From Adineta vaga (taxonomy: Eukaryota; Animalia; Rotifera): a stretch of 64,000 nt of DNA. The position numbers and the translations under genes are program-made. The DNA lies in contig CP075495.1 in NCBI GenBank assembly GCA_021613535.1, positions 1,054,001 to 1,118,000 on the forward strand, written 5' to 3'. How positions within the stretch are numbered: the first letter of the stretch is position 1; every line of letters begins with the position of its first letter. Shown here piece by piece: positions 1-13,000 of the stretch. The notes beneath the pieces were generated by a model. It had not been told where the DNA came from and searched no databases. It was given only the letters and a program-made list of their open reading frames with translations.

Positions 1-390
1 AGTGATCAATTAGCTAATGTAGTTGGTGGAAATCAAGTAATAATAGAATTTTAAATTTTATTTCAATACTTAGTTTTTCATTTTCAAGATGCCACGTTCA
101 GAAGTTGTTAAACGTATGTGGGCTTATTTTAAAGAACATAATTTATTGGTAAATTCTTTCTTTAAATTTATTTTCAATCGATTCTCTTCTTTTTTCTTCT
201 TCTTAGGATCCACATAATAAACAATTTGTAAATTGTGATGAAACACTTGCGAAATTATTTGGTAAAATTTCAATTATTAAAATTCATTCTTCATTTCTAT
301 TCATTAATTATTTTAGGTCGAAAACGTATTCGTGCATTTGGTATGCTCAAAGATTTAACAAAACATATGAGTGATCCGGATAAACAATAA
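1..390 (+). CDS. SWIB/MDM2-domain protein (UAF30/TRI1-like), 3' part; 5' end lies outside the window
   Basis: Exons 1-36, 89-148, 207-261 and 317-390 with GT-AG introns translate to SDQLANVVGGNQ-MPRSEVVKRMWAYFKEHNLL-DPHNKQFVNCDETLAKLF-GRKRIRAFGMLKDLTKHM, matching the SWIB consensus (R.EVVK..W.YIK..NLQDP.....I.CD..L..LF). Confidence 0.88.
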
Positions 391-857
391 AGACTTGTTT
401 TCTTTTCTTCTTGTTGCTGTGATAGAGTTGATATCTTTTTAATATAAAAAGATCAAATTCAGTTCTTCCGAGATCACTCTACATATGAATATACATATAT
501 ATATATATACACAACCTTTTTTTTCTTTGTTGTTGTTGTTATTGTTTGTTTTGTTTTTCTTTTCTTTCTTTTTTTTTGGTGCCACCAAAAACATTATGTC
601 TCGTTTGTTTTGTAGAACTGCTTTCATTGTAGCGTGTTTGTATATAGATATATATACATTAACTTTTGTTCATTTATTCTATTCAGTTTCTTGTTTGTAG
701 ATGAGAAAACAAAGAAATTTTCTATGAAGAAGAAAAAAAAAGATGAATGTTTTGTTTTTTAAATGAAAAACTATTGATTAAGATCATTAAACATATATTT
801 ATAACAATCACTATTTCTAATTAAAGAATTTATTTTAACAATATTTTATTGATAATT

Positions 858-2783
858 TTAATCTGAAAAATATTTACATAATTGAATAATTCGATGATTC
901 CACATATCAACAATATAAAGATTTCCATTACAATCGATTGATAAACCTCGAGGACAAGATAATTTATTTGCTTTTTTATCTTCATCTTTACCACCAAGAA
1001 GAATAAAACTTTCTTTACTTTCTTCATACCAACACATTATTCGATTATTCCAACAATCTGATATATAAATTCGACGTTTATGATCAACAACAATTCCTTG
1101 AGGATTATCTAATTGATTCAGATTTTTTCCATCACCATTTCCACCAGCAACAATAATTCCTTCTTTTGCACGTTTTTTCCATTTCATTACACGATTATTC
1201 GAACTATCTGAGATATAAATCGATTGATTTTCATTAATAAAAAGAAAAGTTGGACCATTAAGTTGATTCAATTCACTTCCTTTACCATTTCCACCAGCAA
1301 CTATACATTGTTCATGTTCTCCATGTTTTAATCGTATAATTTGATCATTTTTATAATCTGAAACATAAATAAATCCAAGTTTATCCATTGTTAAACCATA
1401 ACAATCAATATTTTCAATAAGAATTTCTTGTTGATATTGATTTAACCATCGTATAACACGTTGATTTCTTTGGTCAGAAATAATTAATGAATTATTTTGT
1501 TTATCAACAAGTAGATCAATTGGTCGATTCAATTGTCCATTTCCACCAACAAGAATTCTTCCTAATTTTTCATCCGATTTCCATTCAACAATTCGATCAT
1601 TTTCAAAATCAGTTATATAAACTGTTTTCTCTTCATTAACAAAAATTCCTTGAGGACCAGATAATTGATTTAATTCACAACCTTTACCATTTCCACCAGC
1701 GATTGTTATAATTTGTTGTTTTCTCATTCCATTCGATGGTATTGGTGCTTTTAACTAAAAGAAAAACAAATATGATTCAATTCAATTTGAAAAAACAAAC
1801 AAATACCTTATTCAAAAATGATTCATAGATTTCTTTATGTTTTTGTGGAGTACTAATTCCTAGATCACTACTTTCCGGTTGAATATCACATGGATTTGAT
1901 TGATTCTAAAGAATAACAAAAGAATATTTGTTTTTTCGAACTAATAGAATTTGTTTACATAAAAAGGATTTTGATTAATTTCTTGAACACCTTTATGAAT
2001 TATATATTTTGCTTTGTTACGAAGTCGAGCGAGTGTTGATTGATTAGGTACTGAAACAGATATCGATGGTATAATTAAATCTACAGAACTTGTAGGTATT
2101 GAAAATGAAGGCGTATTTTCTTTTAATTGAATCATATATAAATCTTCTGCTGCTTTCCATTTTCCAACAACTTCAAAAGAACTTCCAGGTAAAAGAATAA
2201 TTTCATTTTCTTTTTTAAAATAAGAATGAGATTGAATTGCTTTACCATATATACATTCAATATTGAAAATTGTTCGAATTCCATTAGTACCAATAAATTT
2301 CTCTAGAATTGGCATAGTTGTTGTACATGAACTTATACCCCACCAGATTTGTTTTTTTACATATTGATCAGATACATTTTCACGAACACCACGCCAAATA
2401 ATTCCTTGAATTGATGGAAGTTTAGATAATGCAGTTAGAAATAATTTCAAATAAGGAAACCATGGTTTTAGGCTTTCGCGTTTTGCCGAACGAAGTCTTT
2501 CGTTTAGTAAAGTATATAAACTTGGATATGGTTTAGGCCATTGCATAGTATATAAACGAATAGCAGCTGATTCTTCTTGTGTTAGACCATCTGCTGGATT
2601 TTGACTATTTCTTCGTGCTGTTTTTATCATTGTATCAGCATCGTAAAGTAAATATTTAATTGGTTCAATTGAATCTATTAATGAGACCAATGGATATGTT
2701 TCAAATCCTCTAATAGGTCCAAGATTTTGTTTCGATTCATTAGCAGCATCTAGAAAACGTTCGGGAACGACTTCTTCACTCAT
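858..2783 (-). CDS. R-S-E clade (arginine-type) ADP-ribosyltransferase fused to an NHL-repeat beta-propeller
   Basis: ART motifs AAIRLYT, IWRG, SSCT and ENE lie in ORF 1941-2783. GT-AG introns 1958-1906 and 1806-1755 join it in frame, via a 99-nt exon (1905-1807), to the NHL ORF with repeated AGGNG.G..LNQL..P.GI.V motifs. Confidence 0.85.
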
Positions 2784-3085
2784 TAGAATATGTGTAATGG
2801 TTCGATGATTTTATTTTTTTTATCAAAAAAACACGGAAGAGTCAATTTTTGTGTTTCTTTTCTGTCTAAAACGAAGAAAAAAAAACAAAAAACACGTGTT
2901 ATAATTAGATGATTTTATTGCATGACCAAAACAACGTCTGTTTATAATGTGTTGTACTTTAACCTTTTCGCTATGCCTATAAACGTATACATTTTCATAA
3001 ATGGTTCTTTTCGACAAACAATTATTCAATTTTATTAAATATTTTTCAAAAACAAAATAAAATAATAAAAACGATTTCTGAAGAC

Positions 3086-4054
3086 TTAGTCTTGTATAAA
3101 TGCTTGATGTAATCTCCATAAACTAACATATTTTTCAGCTGGTGTCATATAATGAAAAGTAACAGCACGTCCAAAACCATAAGGATGATCTTTAATACCA
3201 AGTGGTAAAGAATAAAATTCTGGTGGTTGAGAATTAAATTCTTTTCGATCGATTAATTCGACTTTTATTCGTTTTCTAATACAATTAGGAACAAATTGAT
3301 CACTTTCAATAAGTTCTGAACGTCCTCGACAATTCTTTACAAATGATGGTAATTGAATAAAAACTGCCTTAGAAATTAAATATCCTCCTCCACCACAAAA
3401 TCCAACTTTACAAGTTCTTTGACCAATCATTAAAGATTGTTGAGAATCATATTCTGAAGCTAAACGATTTAAATTCGATGGAGAAACAAATGTATCATCA
3501 TCCATAACCATAATCCATTCAATTTCATTCTTATAAGAATTTTCATTAATCATTTTAACAATCATAGCTAAACCTTGCCCTAATTTCTGCATACTACCAA
3601 TACGATCAACAGGTCGTTTTGTACCTGGTTTAACAACATCATATATTGGTAATCGACTATCAAATGATTTTTCACCAACAAAAATTAAACGTGAAGGATG
3701 TAATGTAACTCCAAATGTACACATAATTATATCACAACGAGTTCGTAAGAAAGAATTACCTGTTTGTACCATATAAATAATATTACCTTTTGGTTTATTT
3801 AAAGGAAAATATTTTCCTTCTTTCCATTGTTGATAATCTAAATCAGTCCAACAATGAGAAAGATTAAGTTGATAACGAGTAGAATTGAAAGAGAATTCTG
3901 ATGATTCAATCGAAGCTTTAAATTTTGTTGTTTTAATAATTGTTATCTGTGTTGTTGAATTTATTTGATTATTTCCACGAAAAAAAACGAGAAAAAATAA
4001 TATATATATAAGAATCAAATAGAGTAATAAACGACGATATCGAACAAGACGCAT
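3086..4054 (-). CDS. GT31 glycosyltransferase (Fringe/C1GALT1-like), type II membrane protein
   Basis: N-terminal TM anchor, WIMVMDDDTFV (DxD motif), GFCGGGGYLIS and AVTFHY; intronless 322 aa. Confidence 0.85.
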   Translation of the reverse strand: MRLVRYRRLLLYLILIYILFFLVFFRGNNQINSTTQITIIKTTKFKASIESSEFSFNSTRYQLNLSHCWTDLDYQQWKEGKYFPLNKPKGNIIYMVQTGNSFLRTRCDIIMCTFGVTLHPSRLIFVGEKSFDSRLPIYDVVKPGTKRPVDRIGSMQKLGQGLAMIVKMINENSYKNEIEWIMVMDDDTFVSPSNLNRLASEYDSQQSLMIGQRTCKVGFCGGGGYLISKAVFIQLPSFVKNCRGRSELIESDQFVPNCIRKRIKVELIDRKEFNSQPPEFYSLPLGIKDHPYGFGRAVTFHYMTPAEKYVSLWRLHQAFIQD

Positions 4055-5011
4055 TGATAGTAAAGAATCTAAACATTATAATAAGTTTACAAACACAAAG
4101 TAAAAATGAATGTTCATATGACAGTCGTATGTTCATCACCTTTTTTTTCTTCTTTTCTTTCTCTTTTAATATTATATTCATATATCAATATTATAGATAT
4201 GACCGAGAACATTTATTTTTTACTTCTTCGTGTGTTATAATATGAAATACAACTATTCTATGATGATATAATATTCTATTCAAGTTTTAGTTTGGGATGT
4301 TTGAAATAAGTAAATCTATCTATATATTTGTTACCTTATTCGTTTATACTAATCATGAATCTAATCTTATTTTTTCTAATTAAAATATCTACGAGGTCGC
4401 TAGTTACTGCGTAAACACTTTATTATCGTTACATGAAATATTACATTGATTTTTTTAATGTAAAATAAATTTCAATTAAATATATATTTTTTCATGTCTA
4501 TGGACATCAATTAAATTGATAAAAATCTATTGAAAGCATATGTTAAGGAATATGATTTGCCGCGACACAGAATGATATAGTTTAAGAATAAAAATGACTA
4601 TAGGGTGAAAAAATCAATATATAAAATAAATGCATCATCACAGTGTACGAATCCCGTCGGTAAAATGTCATTGTAAAATCCATTGAACGTTTTCTTGTTG
4701 CTTATACTTTCAATATTTATAAGAATATTTTTCTTTGTCAACCGTTTTAATAAGAATCATTTTGTAAATCACAAAAAAAACATCGAATATTCAAGTGATC
4801 TCTAGACTTGATAATTATAAAAAATTATTGATTAAATGAAGTAGAATTCTCAAAATATCTTTTTCTTATTTTTTTATAATAATTTCCTGTTTATACAGAA
4901 TGGCGTATATTCAAAATTTCTTTTTCATTCCATCGATTCAAATCTGTCAAGAGAAAAAGAAATATTTTTTTTTCTACAAAAAAAAAGTAAATCTTCTTTT
5001 TTATATAAAAC

Positions 5012-5947
5012 ATGTTATTCAATAATCAATCATGGTTTGTATCAATTGATATTGTCATGATATTATTCACAGCTTTAGCTGTTGGACTTGCTATTATTTT
5101 TTTAATTATTATAATATTTGATAAAACATGTCATACAGTTCCAATGATATTAGTCGCTAATTCTTGTTTAGCAGAATTAATCTTGGGAAGTGTTATGTTA
5201 AATTCAGCAATATTTACATTTGAAAATGATCTTAAACAAATACAATATTTCGATTCATCTTGTATTTTACGAGGATATTTAAGTTATGTTGCTATTTTTC
5301 TCCAAAATTGGTCTTATTTTCTTCAATCAATATATCGATATATGACAGTTGTTTATCCAAATGAATTATTATGGGAATCTAAACTTTTTCAATTTCTTCT
5401 TATTTGTTTAATATGGATCTTTGCTTTTATTTATCCATTACCATATATTCTCAATGATGAAATACAATATTATCCCAATGATCAAATTTGTCAAATGTCA
5501 CTCAATTTCTCATTCTTATCAATTTACAATACACTTGTCGTTTATATAATTCCAATTTTCTCTACAATTTTTGTTTATTTTATTTTCGTACAATATATTC
5601 AAGACATGAAAAACTTAATGATATCAATAAATACAATAACACGTGTAAAATGTGAATTGAAAATGGTTCGTCGAATTGTATTTCTTGTTGTTGGAATAGC
5701 AATAATGAATATTCCATATGGATTATTTCTTTTTTGGGGTTTATTTAGTAATGTCCCAAAGTATCATTTTCGAATTATATATATTTTTGTAGATGTTTTA
5801 TTAACATTTATAATGATAATGATGTTTGAATTTACAGAACCATTAAAAACATCATTAATTCAAACAAATTCTCTGGATGAACAAATACAAGAATCCCAGG
5901 ATATAAATCTATTAGACAGAAAAGAATTTTGTCATCATATAAAATAA
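5012..5947 (+). CDS. Rhodopsin-like 7TM GPCR (orphan)
   Basis: Seven hydrophobic segments, Cys at the top of TM3 (SCILRGY), SIYRY as a DRY variant and ECL2 Cys (DQICQM); intronless. Confidence 0.85.
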   Translation: MLFNNQSWFVSIDIVMILFTALAVGLAIIFLIIIIFDKTCHTVPMILVANSCLAELILGSVMLNSAIFTFENDLKQIQYFDSSCILRGYLSYVAIFLQNWSYFLQSIYRYMTVVYPNELLWESKLFQFLLICLIWIFAFIYPLPYILNDEIQYYPNDQICQMSLNFSFLSIYNTLVVYIIPIFSTIFVYFIFVQYIQDMKNLMISINTITRVKCELKMVRRIVFLVVGIAIMNIPYGLFLFWGLFSNVPKYHFRIIYIFVDVLLTFIMIMMFEFTEPLKTSLIQTNSLDEQIQESQDINLLDRKEFCHHIK

Positions 5948-6452
5948 ATTAATAATGTACAATTCTATTCATCAATGTTTTATGTAAATTGTATAAGTTT
6001 ATATTTTGAATTTAGAGAATAAATTAATTAGTAGTGTTGTATGTCCCGTAGAGTAGCTGTCTAATTCAGCTTTGAATGTATATGATGATATTCAAAAAGT
6101 GCTCCTACTCACTATTTTTGATAGATAAAGATTTCGACTTTGTTACTTATAAATCTTTTTTATAAGCAGAGTTATATATGTGGAGTATAATCACATAATT
6201 AAATAAGACGATTTATTTTAAAATACTCTTAAAATGTACTTTAGTTTTTCTTCGATGAAAAACAAAATTTATAATGTGAATAAGTAATTATCTTCCTTCT
6301 TCTACAGAAATACATTTTACGTCATACTAATTCTCTTCATTAAAACATAATACATGAATAAATTCTACATCAAAATCTTCTCTTTCGAATATATCTATTA
6401 ATATAGTTAGTTCTTTTTTCTGAAAGGATTTAACATTTTTTATTTTCTCAAA

Positions 6453-7370
6453 ATGACATCTCAAAATATTTCATCAATAACAAATATCGAACCATGGTTT
6501 ATTCCTTTGGATATTATCATGATCTTTTGTACTAGTTTACCTCTTCTAATTGCTATTATTTTTCTCATTACTATCATTTGGGATAAAACATGTCATACAA
6601 TTCCAATGATGTTGATGGCAAATTCATGTTTAACAGAAATATTTTTTGGAAGTGTAATGTTTACTTCAGCTCTCTTTACACTTCAGAATGATCTTAAACA
6701 AAGTCAATCAGTTGATTCACTTTGTATTCTTCGTGGATTTCTTGGTTATGCTGTAACTTTTCTTAAGAATTGGTCCTATTTTCTCCAAGCACTCTATCGA
6801 TATATTACAGTCGTTTATCCAAATCATTTATCATGGCAAACAATACGTATACAATTGATTCTCATCTGTTTCATATGGATCTTTGGATTTATTTGTGTAT
6901 TGCCATATATTCTAACTAATGATATTCAATATCTTGTCGATGATCAAATTTGTCAAATGCCTCTTCGATTAACATTTCTCGCCATTTATAATGCCTTGTG
7001 CGTTTATATGATTCCTATTGCATTGATCGGTGTTATCTATTTTAAATTGATTACATATGTTGGATCTATGAATAAACGTGTAACACCGATAGGTCTAATA
7101 TCTCGTGCACAGCGTGAATTAAAAATGGTTCGTCGACTAGTTATATTAGTAAATAGTCTTGCAGCAATTGGTGTTCCCTATGCATTATTTGTGTTTTGGT
7201 CGTTTTTTATCAGTCCACCAAAATATCATTTTCGAATTGCATATATCTTTGTAGATGTTTCATATACATTTGTAATGATATGTTTAGTTCAATTTACAGA
7301 TCCAGTGAAAAAATCTCTCATGAGAATAAAGAAACAAAATCCGAATCAAGTTATGGCAACAAGGAATTAA
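6453..7370 (+). CDS. Rhodopsin-like 7TM GPCR, tandem paralog of 5012-5947
   Basis: Shares DKTCHT.PM.L.ANSCL, NDLKQ, NWSYFLQ..YRY, DQICQM, ELKMVRR and PKYHFRI with the upstream gene. Confidence 0.85.
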   Translation: MTSQNISSITNIEPWFIPLDIIMIFCTSLPLLIAIIFLITIIWDKTCHTIPMMLMANSCLTEIFFGSVMFTSALFTLQNDLKQSQSVDSLCILRGFLGYAVTFLKNWSYFLQALYRYITVVYPNHLSWQTIRIQLILICFIWIFGFICVLPYILTNDIQYLVDDQICQMPLRLTFLAIYNALCVYMIPIALIGVIYFKLITYVGSMNKRVTPIGLISRAQRELKMVRRLVILVNSLAAIGVPYALFVFWSFFISPPKYHFRIAYIFVDVSYTFVMICLVQFTDPVKKSLMRIKKQNPNQVMATRN

Positions 7371-7865
7371 ATTAAACATTTGTTTGTTCTTATCGTTGTG
7401 TCGTTCTAAATGTTTTTAACGAAATATAGTTATTATAAACCAAAGAAACTCTAAACAGAGTAAAACAAAACATTCACTAAATATAGATCAGTATCTTGAG
7501 GGTATGGGTGTAAGATAGATGTAATACTCGACCTCAAGATTGTCTTATTACTCACTCACCCACTTATTCTGAAAAAGTTCATTTTAAGACAATTAAAAGA
7601 AAAGAAATGATGAAATATAAATATTAACATAGATTGTATTTTGATCTTTATCAAGGTAATTTTAATGTTGATTCATTCCTTCTCCTCCGTCACAGTGTAC
7701 AATGTTATATTAGTCAATATTTTTCTCGTTTCTTCTTTACAAATTCTGATTTTAGATGACTAATCAAATATACTAAAACAAAATGAGTAATCATAAAGTT
7801 ATAAAAGTTATATTACGAAGAAGAAAAAAATAAGTAAAATATTTCACCTTATTTTGATCAATTTT

Positions 7866-9866
7866 ATGGCTGTTGCACAATCAAATTCCATTAATAAAAA
7901 TGAAAATTTCTATTTAACATGGTTAGATTCATCTATAAATCATTCTTTAAAAAACATTGAAAAACAAAAACAATTTCGAAAGATTATTAAAAATTTCTTT
8001 TCATTTCAAAATGAACAACAATGTTTTAATTTCATTGAATCAAAATCAAAAAATGATCGAATTATTTTAATTCTTAATGGAATATTAGGAGAAATCTTTA
8101 TTCCTAAAATTAATCATTTTCAACAAATTATTTCTATCTATATTTATCAACAATATCATCAATTATGGACAAAACAATTTTCTAAAGTACAAAATTCTTT
8201 TCTTTAAAAATCATTCTTTGATTTTATTTGTTTTTCTTTATAGATCAAAGGTGTATTCGTTCATTTTACTGATCTTCTTCATCAAATTGAAATTAATCAT
8301 ATTTCTTCTCATAGATCTGATCAATTATTAACTATTTATATTCTTGAAGATAAATCAACTAGTGATTTAAATGGTGATTTTCTTCATTCTCAAATCTTAA
8401 TCGATTGTTTACTTAAAATGAACATGAATTCAAATGATCGAAATGAATTCTTAACTTTATGTAAACAAGAATATAAAGAAGATATTTATGAATTAAGTCT
8501 TATTGATCAATTTGAACGAGAATATTCTTCTAAAAATGCTTTATGGTGGTATACAAGAGATTCATTTATTTATAAAATGTTGAACAAAGCACTTCGAATA
8601 CAAAATATTCATTTACTTTATCTTTTTCGTTTTTTAATACATGATATTGAAAATGAAATTACAAAAACGAAATGTCAAACTTCAGTTCGTGTTTATCGAT
8701 CACAATTAATGTCGAAAGATGAAATTCAAATGTTACGAAATTCACTTGGAGATTTTATTTCTATTAATTCATTTTTTTCAACATCTATGAATTATCATCG
8801 TGCTCGATCGTTTGTTTTCAATGAAACAAATACGAACAATAATGAACGTGTTTTCTTTGATATTCAAGCTGATCCACATATGGAAAATCTTAAATCATTT
8901 GCTAATATTAGTTTATTAAGTTATTATCCTGAAGAACAAGAAGTTTTATTTATGATTGGTTCAATATTTCGAATCATTAATATTCATCAAGATGATGAAA
9001 TTATTATTATTCAAATGAAATTATCTTCATTAACTAATTATCATTTACAAGGTCTTATTCAATATATGAAAAAGAAACAAACAAATTTATTAGATTTAGC
9101 AAATATATTAACAAATATGGGAAAATGGAATGATGCAGAAAAATATTATTATCGATATTTAAATGAAGATTGTTATCAAAGAAAAGATTTTGCTGAATAT
9201 TATTCAGGTTTAGGAAGTTTAGAAAAGAAAAAAGAAAATTATGATTTAAGTTTAAAATATCATCAAAAATCTTTGGAAATTAAATTAGGAAAAAGTAAAC
9301 CAGATAGGAAAAGTATTGCAAATAGTTTTAATCGAATTGGTAATGTTTATGAAGAGAAAAATGAATATGAAAATGCATTAGAATCTTATAAAATAGCATT
9401 AGAAATCTTTGAACAAATTAATCATGATGATCAATCATCAATAGCAATGTGTATGAATAATATTGGTGTTATTTATAGAAAACAAAAGAAATATTCTCAA
9501 GCATTAGATTTATATGAAAAAATATTAATTATTTGGAAAAAATATCTTCCAATTAATTATAATAATCTTGGAAGTTCACATACAAATCTTGCATTAACTT
9601 ATCGATGTTTATCTCAATATGATTTAGCTTTATTACATTTGAATTTATCATTAAAAATTCATCAAGAATCTCGTCCATCACAACATCCATCAATTGCATC
9701 GACATTAGCAAATATTGGATTAGTTTATGAAGATAAGAATGATTATAAACAAGCAATAGATTATTTTGAAAAAGCATTGATTATCTATCAACAATCTTTA
9801 TCATCAACACATTCATATGTAATAGATATTAAAGAAAATATTCGACGAGTTTTATCAAAATTCTAA
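7866..9866 (+). CDS. ADP-ribosyltransferase (R-S-E)-TPR protein with an N-terminal alpha/beta domain
   Basis: Exon 7866-8186, intron 8187-8243 (GT-AG) and exon 8244-9866 are in frame. ART motifs are ALWWYT..SFIY..LNKALR, VYRS, FFSTS and EQEVLF, followed by about 7 kinesin-light-chain-type TPRs. Confidence 0.87.
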
Positions 9867-10075
9867 TAATCTATTTTAAATTCTTTATGAACTCTAAATG
9901 AATGAAAAAGAATGAGCTTTTTTGTACAATACTAGATTATCAGTCTAAATAAAACAAAGTTTTTTATTCGATAAACAAAAGCATTAGCACTATCGTCAAA
10001 ATATATATATATAAATCTTCAAGTATGATTCTGAATTACATGTAGTTTATTTAAAAAAACCTATCGTGTTTAATA

Positions 10076-13000
10076 TCAAGCATAGTAATTATGAGAAATG
10101 AACGTATCAGCTAAAATGACGAGTTGATCGTCAGTAAATTGTTGTCGATGTTCATACCATGCATCATGATGTGTACGACGAAAATCAGATACACATTTTT
10201 TAATTGATCTCTAGAATAAAAAATTTGTGTATAATTATAAACTAAAAACTATAGATTAAAAGAGATATACTTGTATTAGATCAGGATCATGTGAATGTGA
10301 ACAGAGTTGCATCAATACTTTTGGTATATGATTTGGAATGTCATATGGACTTGCAAGAACAATAGCACAAAGTCCAAGAACACCTATAGACAATAAAAAT
10401 TCGAATAGATGATCATCTATTCCAAAACTAACTACTCACCACCATGACGACTGATCATATTTTTTGATGACACTACTTTCTTCCCATCAGTAATAGTATC
10501 ATAATAATTGATTTCACTCATCGAACGAAAATGTTCCTTAAGCAAAAGAAATCAATAGACTATTACATCTTCATTTAAACAATACTTACTAAATCTTCAA
10601 TTGTCACTTGAATATAACCACATTGATAAAGACCTGATAGAGTTCTCGATGCAGCAATTCGAACATCTAATTGTTCATCAAAAAGACATTTCACAACAAG
10701 TTGATGTATTTGTTCAGCATAAGAACGTGCAATAAATAGATTACTAAAGATTAAATTTTGTATAAATTCAATCGCTACTTGACGTGCATGCCATTTAATA
10801 TTTGTAGAAATCTATAGTCGTAAAAATAAACAAATGAAAATAATTTATTATCAATATTTACTTCGGTCAATTTATTAACGAGTGCTTCAAAGAAATATCT
10901 ATTTAAATAACACCTGCCAACATACGATCGACTGATTTTTAAATCTTTTTTCAATATATCATTAGCAGCAATACTTTCAATTTCGCATAACTAAAAGAAT
11001 TTGCTTTGAAAATTATCTCTTATAAAAACAATCAATAAATACGTACATAGGGAAAAAGACGAATAATTTCATCTTTTGATGGTTGAAAACAAATCAAAAA
11101 GAAACTTGAATGTATTTCAATGACTAAATTATATTGTCGAAATTTTAGATAAATGATTGATTTTGTTAATTACCTGTTTCAATCAAGTCTAACGCTTTCC
11201 GAACCTCTGGATTTATTTCAACATTTTTATCCGATATATTCACTAAATATATTCGGCCAATTAAAAACAAAATAAACAAAATTCTTTCATACTTAGTGGT
11301 GTTTTCTCATAAATTTCAATCGCTTGATGTAATCGTTCACAAAGTTCATCAATCAATTGATTTACACTCGGATGACGTGTTGATTTTCCATTGAACAATG
11401 TCACATCATAAGAAATCGATAATGCTAATAGACTATTTTAAAACAACACTATTTTTCTTTTCCTGAATTCGTTATTTGATTACTCACGTAGCAACTCGTT
11501 CTCGTATATCGGAAGATGAATAATCGATTAATGTTTTTGTTTGTTTATTGATTTCACACCAAATCGATGGAATACGCCATCCAAATTCATATAAATTTCT
11601 ATATAATAACCAACGAGATGTTTCAACAGATGTATTCATTAGTGTTTTTAAGAAATCAATGAAATGATACATTCGACGAGGATCTTGATTTCTCTTTTCA
11701 AATGAAAACAAACAAAAAGTAATGAGTAACTAATAAAAAGAAAACAACTAACCATACTGTATATGCAACATGAATCCCAATAAGAACGTGTCTCAAAATT
11801 TACATTCATACACACTTCAGTAAGAATGGGTATTGATTGATTCCAAAATTCATTTAACTAAATGAAATATATTGATTGGAAGAGAAATTCTTTATCACAT
11901 AAACCTAACTGACCATTTCTAATGACCAATATTTCGAACCATGAATCATTCCAGCAACAATTTCAGCAGCAACACAATGACTCCCTGAGAATTTTTCTTC
12001 GGATTTTTCATGAATTAGCAAAGATATTTGTTCGAGAAAGTTGTTTACGAATGCCAAACCAAAATCACGAAAAAGACTCTAGATAATGAATTGTTTGAAT
12101 TAAACAACGATTCTTTACTTAAATATTACTTTGAACATGGTAAATCGAGTTTTATCAAATTTCTTTTTTTCTTCTTTTACTTCATCAAAAATCATCATTT
12201 GTATCATTCGATTAACGAAATCTTTGTTGATAAAACGATTGTATATAACAGCGACTGATTCGGACATATTATTCTGTGTATAACGTTCTCGTTTATTCAA
12301 AGCATATCTAATCATTTTTGGCCAAGTATAATATCCATGAAATGATTTATCTAAGAAACATGTTTCTTCCCATTCAATTTGTGATTCTGGTGGTTTATAA
12401 CTATCGATTGTAACCCAAAGGTTATCATCACGATCACCTGGATGATCTTCTGGATGGACCAGATTTTCCAATGATTTTTCAACAAAGATTCGTGGGAATT
12501 TTTGAAAATGAAAAAATGTTATAATACCCGTTGCTGCACACTGAAAAAATTCTTCTCAATCATTTTATCATAGAATCTCTTGACTAACCTTTCGTAATTC
12601 GACATTTTCATGAATGAGAAAATCAAGAAATCTGTCAATACATAACACTGGAATTGTCATTTGCTTTTGAAGAATGATTATTATCAATGACATGATCATT
12701 TTTTGTTGTTTTGCAGTTCTAAATATTCGAAAAAAAACATTAATACTCTTTTTTTATACATTAAACTATAAAACTTACATTGTATCAGATCTCAACAATG
12801 AGACAAGTGTTTCCATTAGATTTGTATACGCTTTAAAATCTGCTTGATAACCATCTTCACATGTTTTTATTTCATTTGATTCTAAAGAATGCCATAAATT
12901 AATTGCAGCAATTACAGATAATTCATTCGTAGTTTGTTTAATGACATCCGTAATTAATTCATCGGAAAGTTTTTTATTTATTTCTTCAATCAAATCTTTT

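Noticed and set aside
439-700. ORFs 439-627 (-) and 485-700 (+)
   Set aside because: Low-complexity 3' UTR of the SWIB gene (ta and ttg microsatellites, T-runs).
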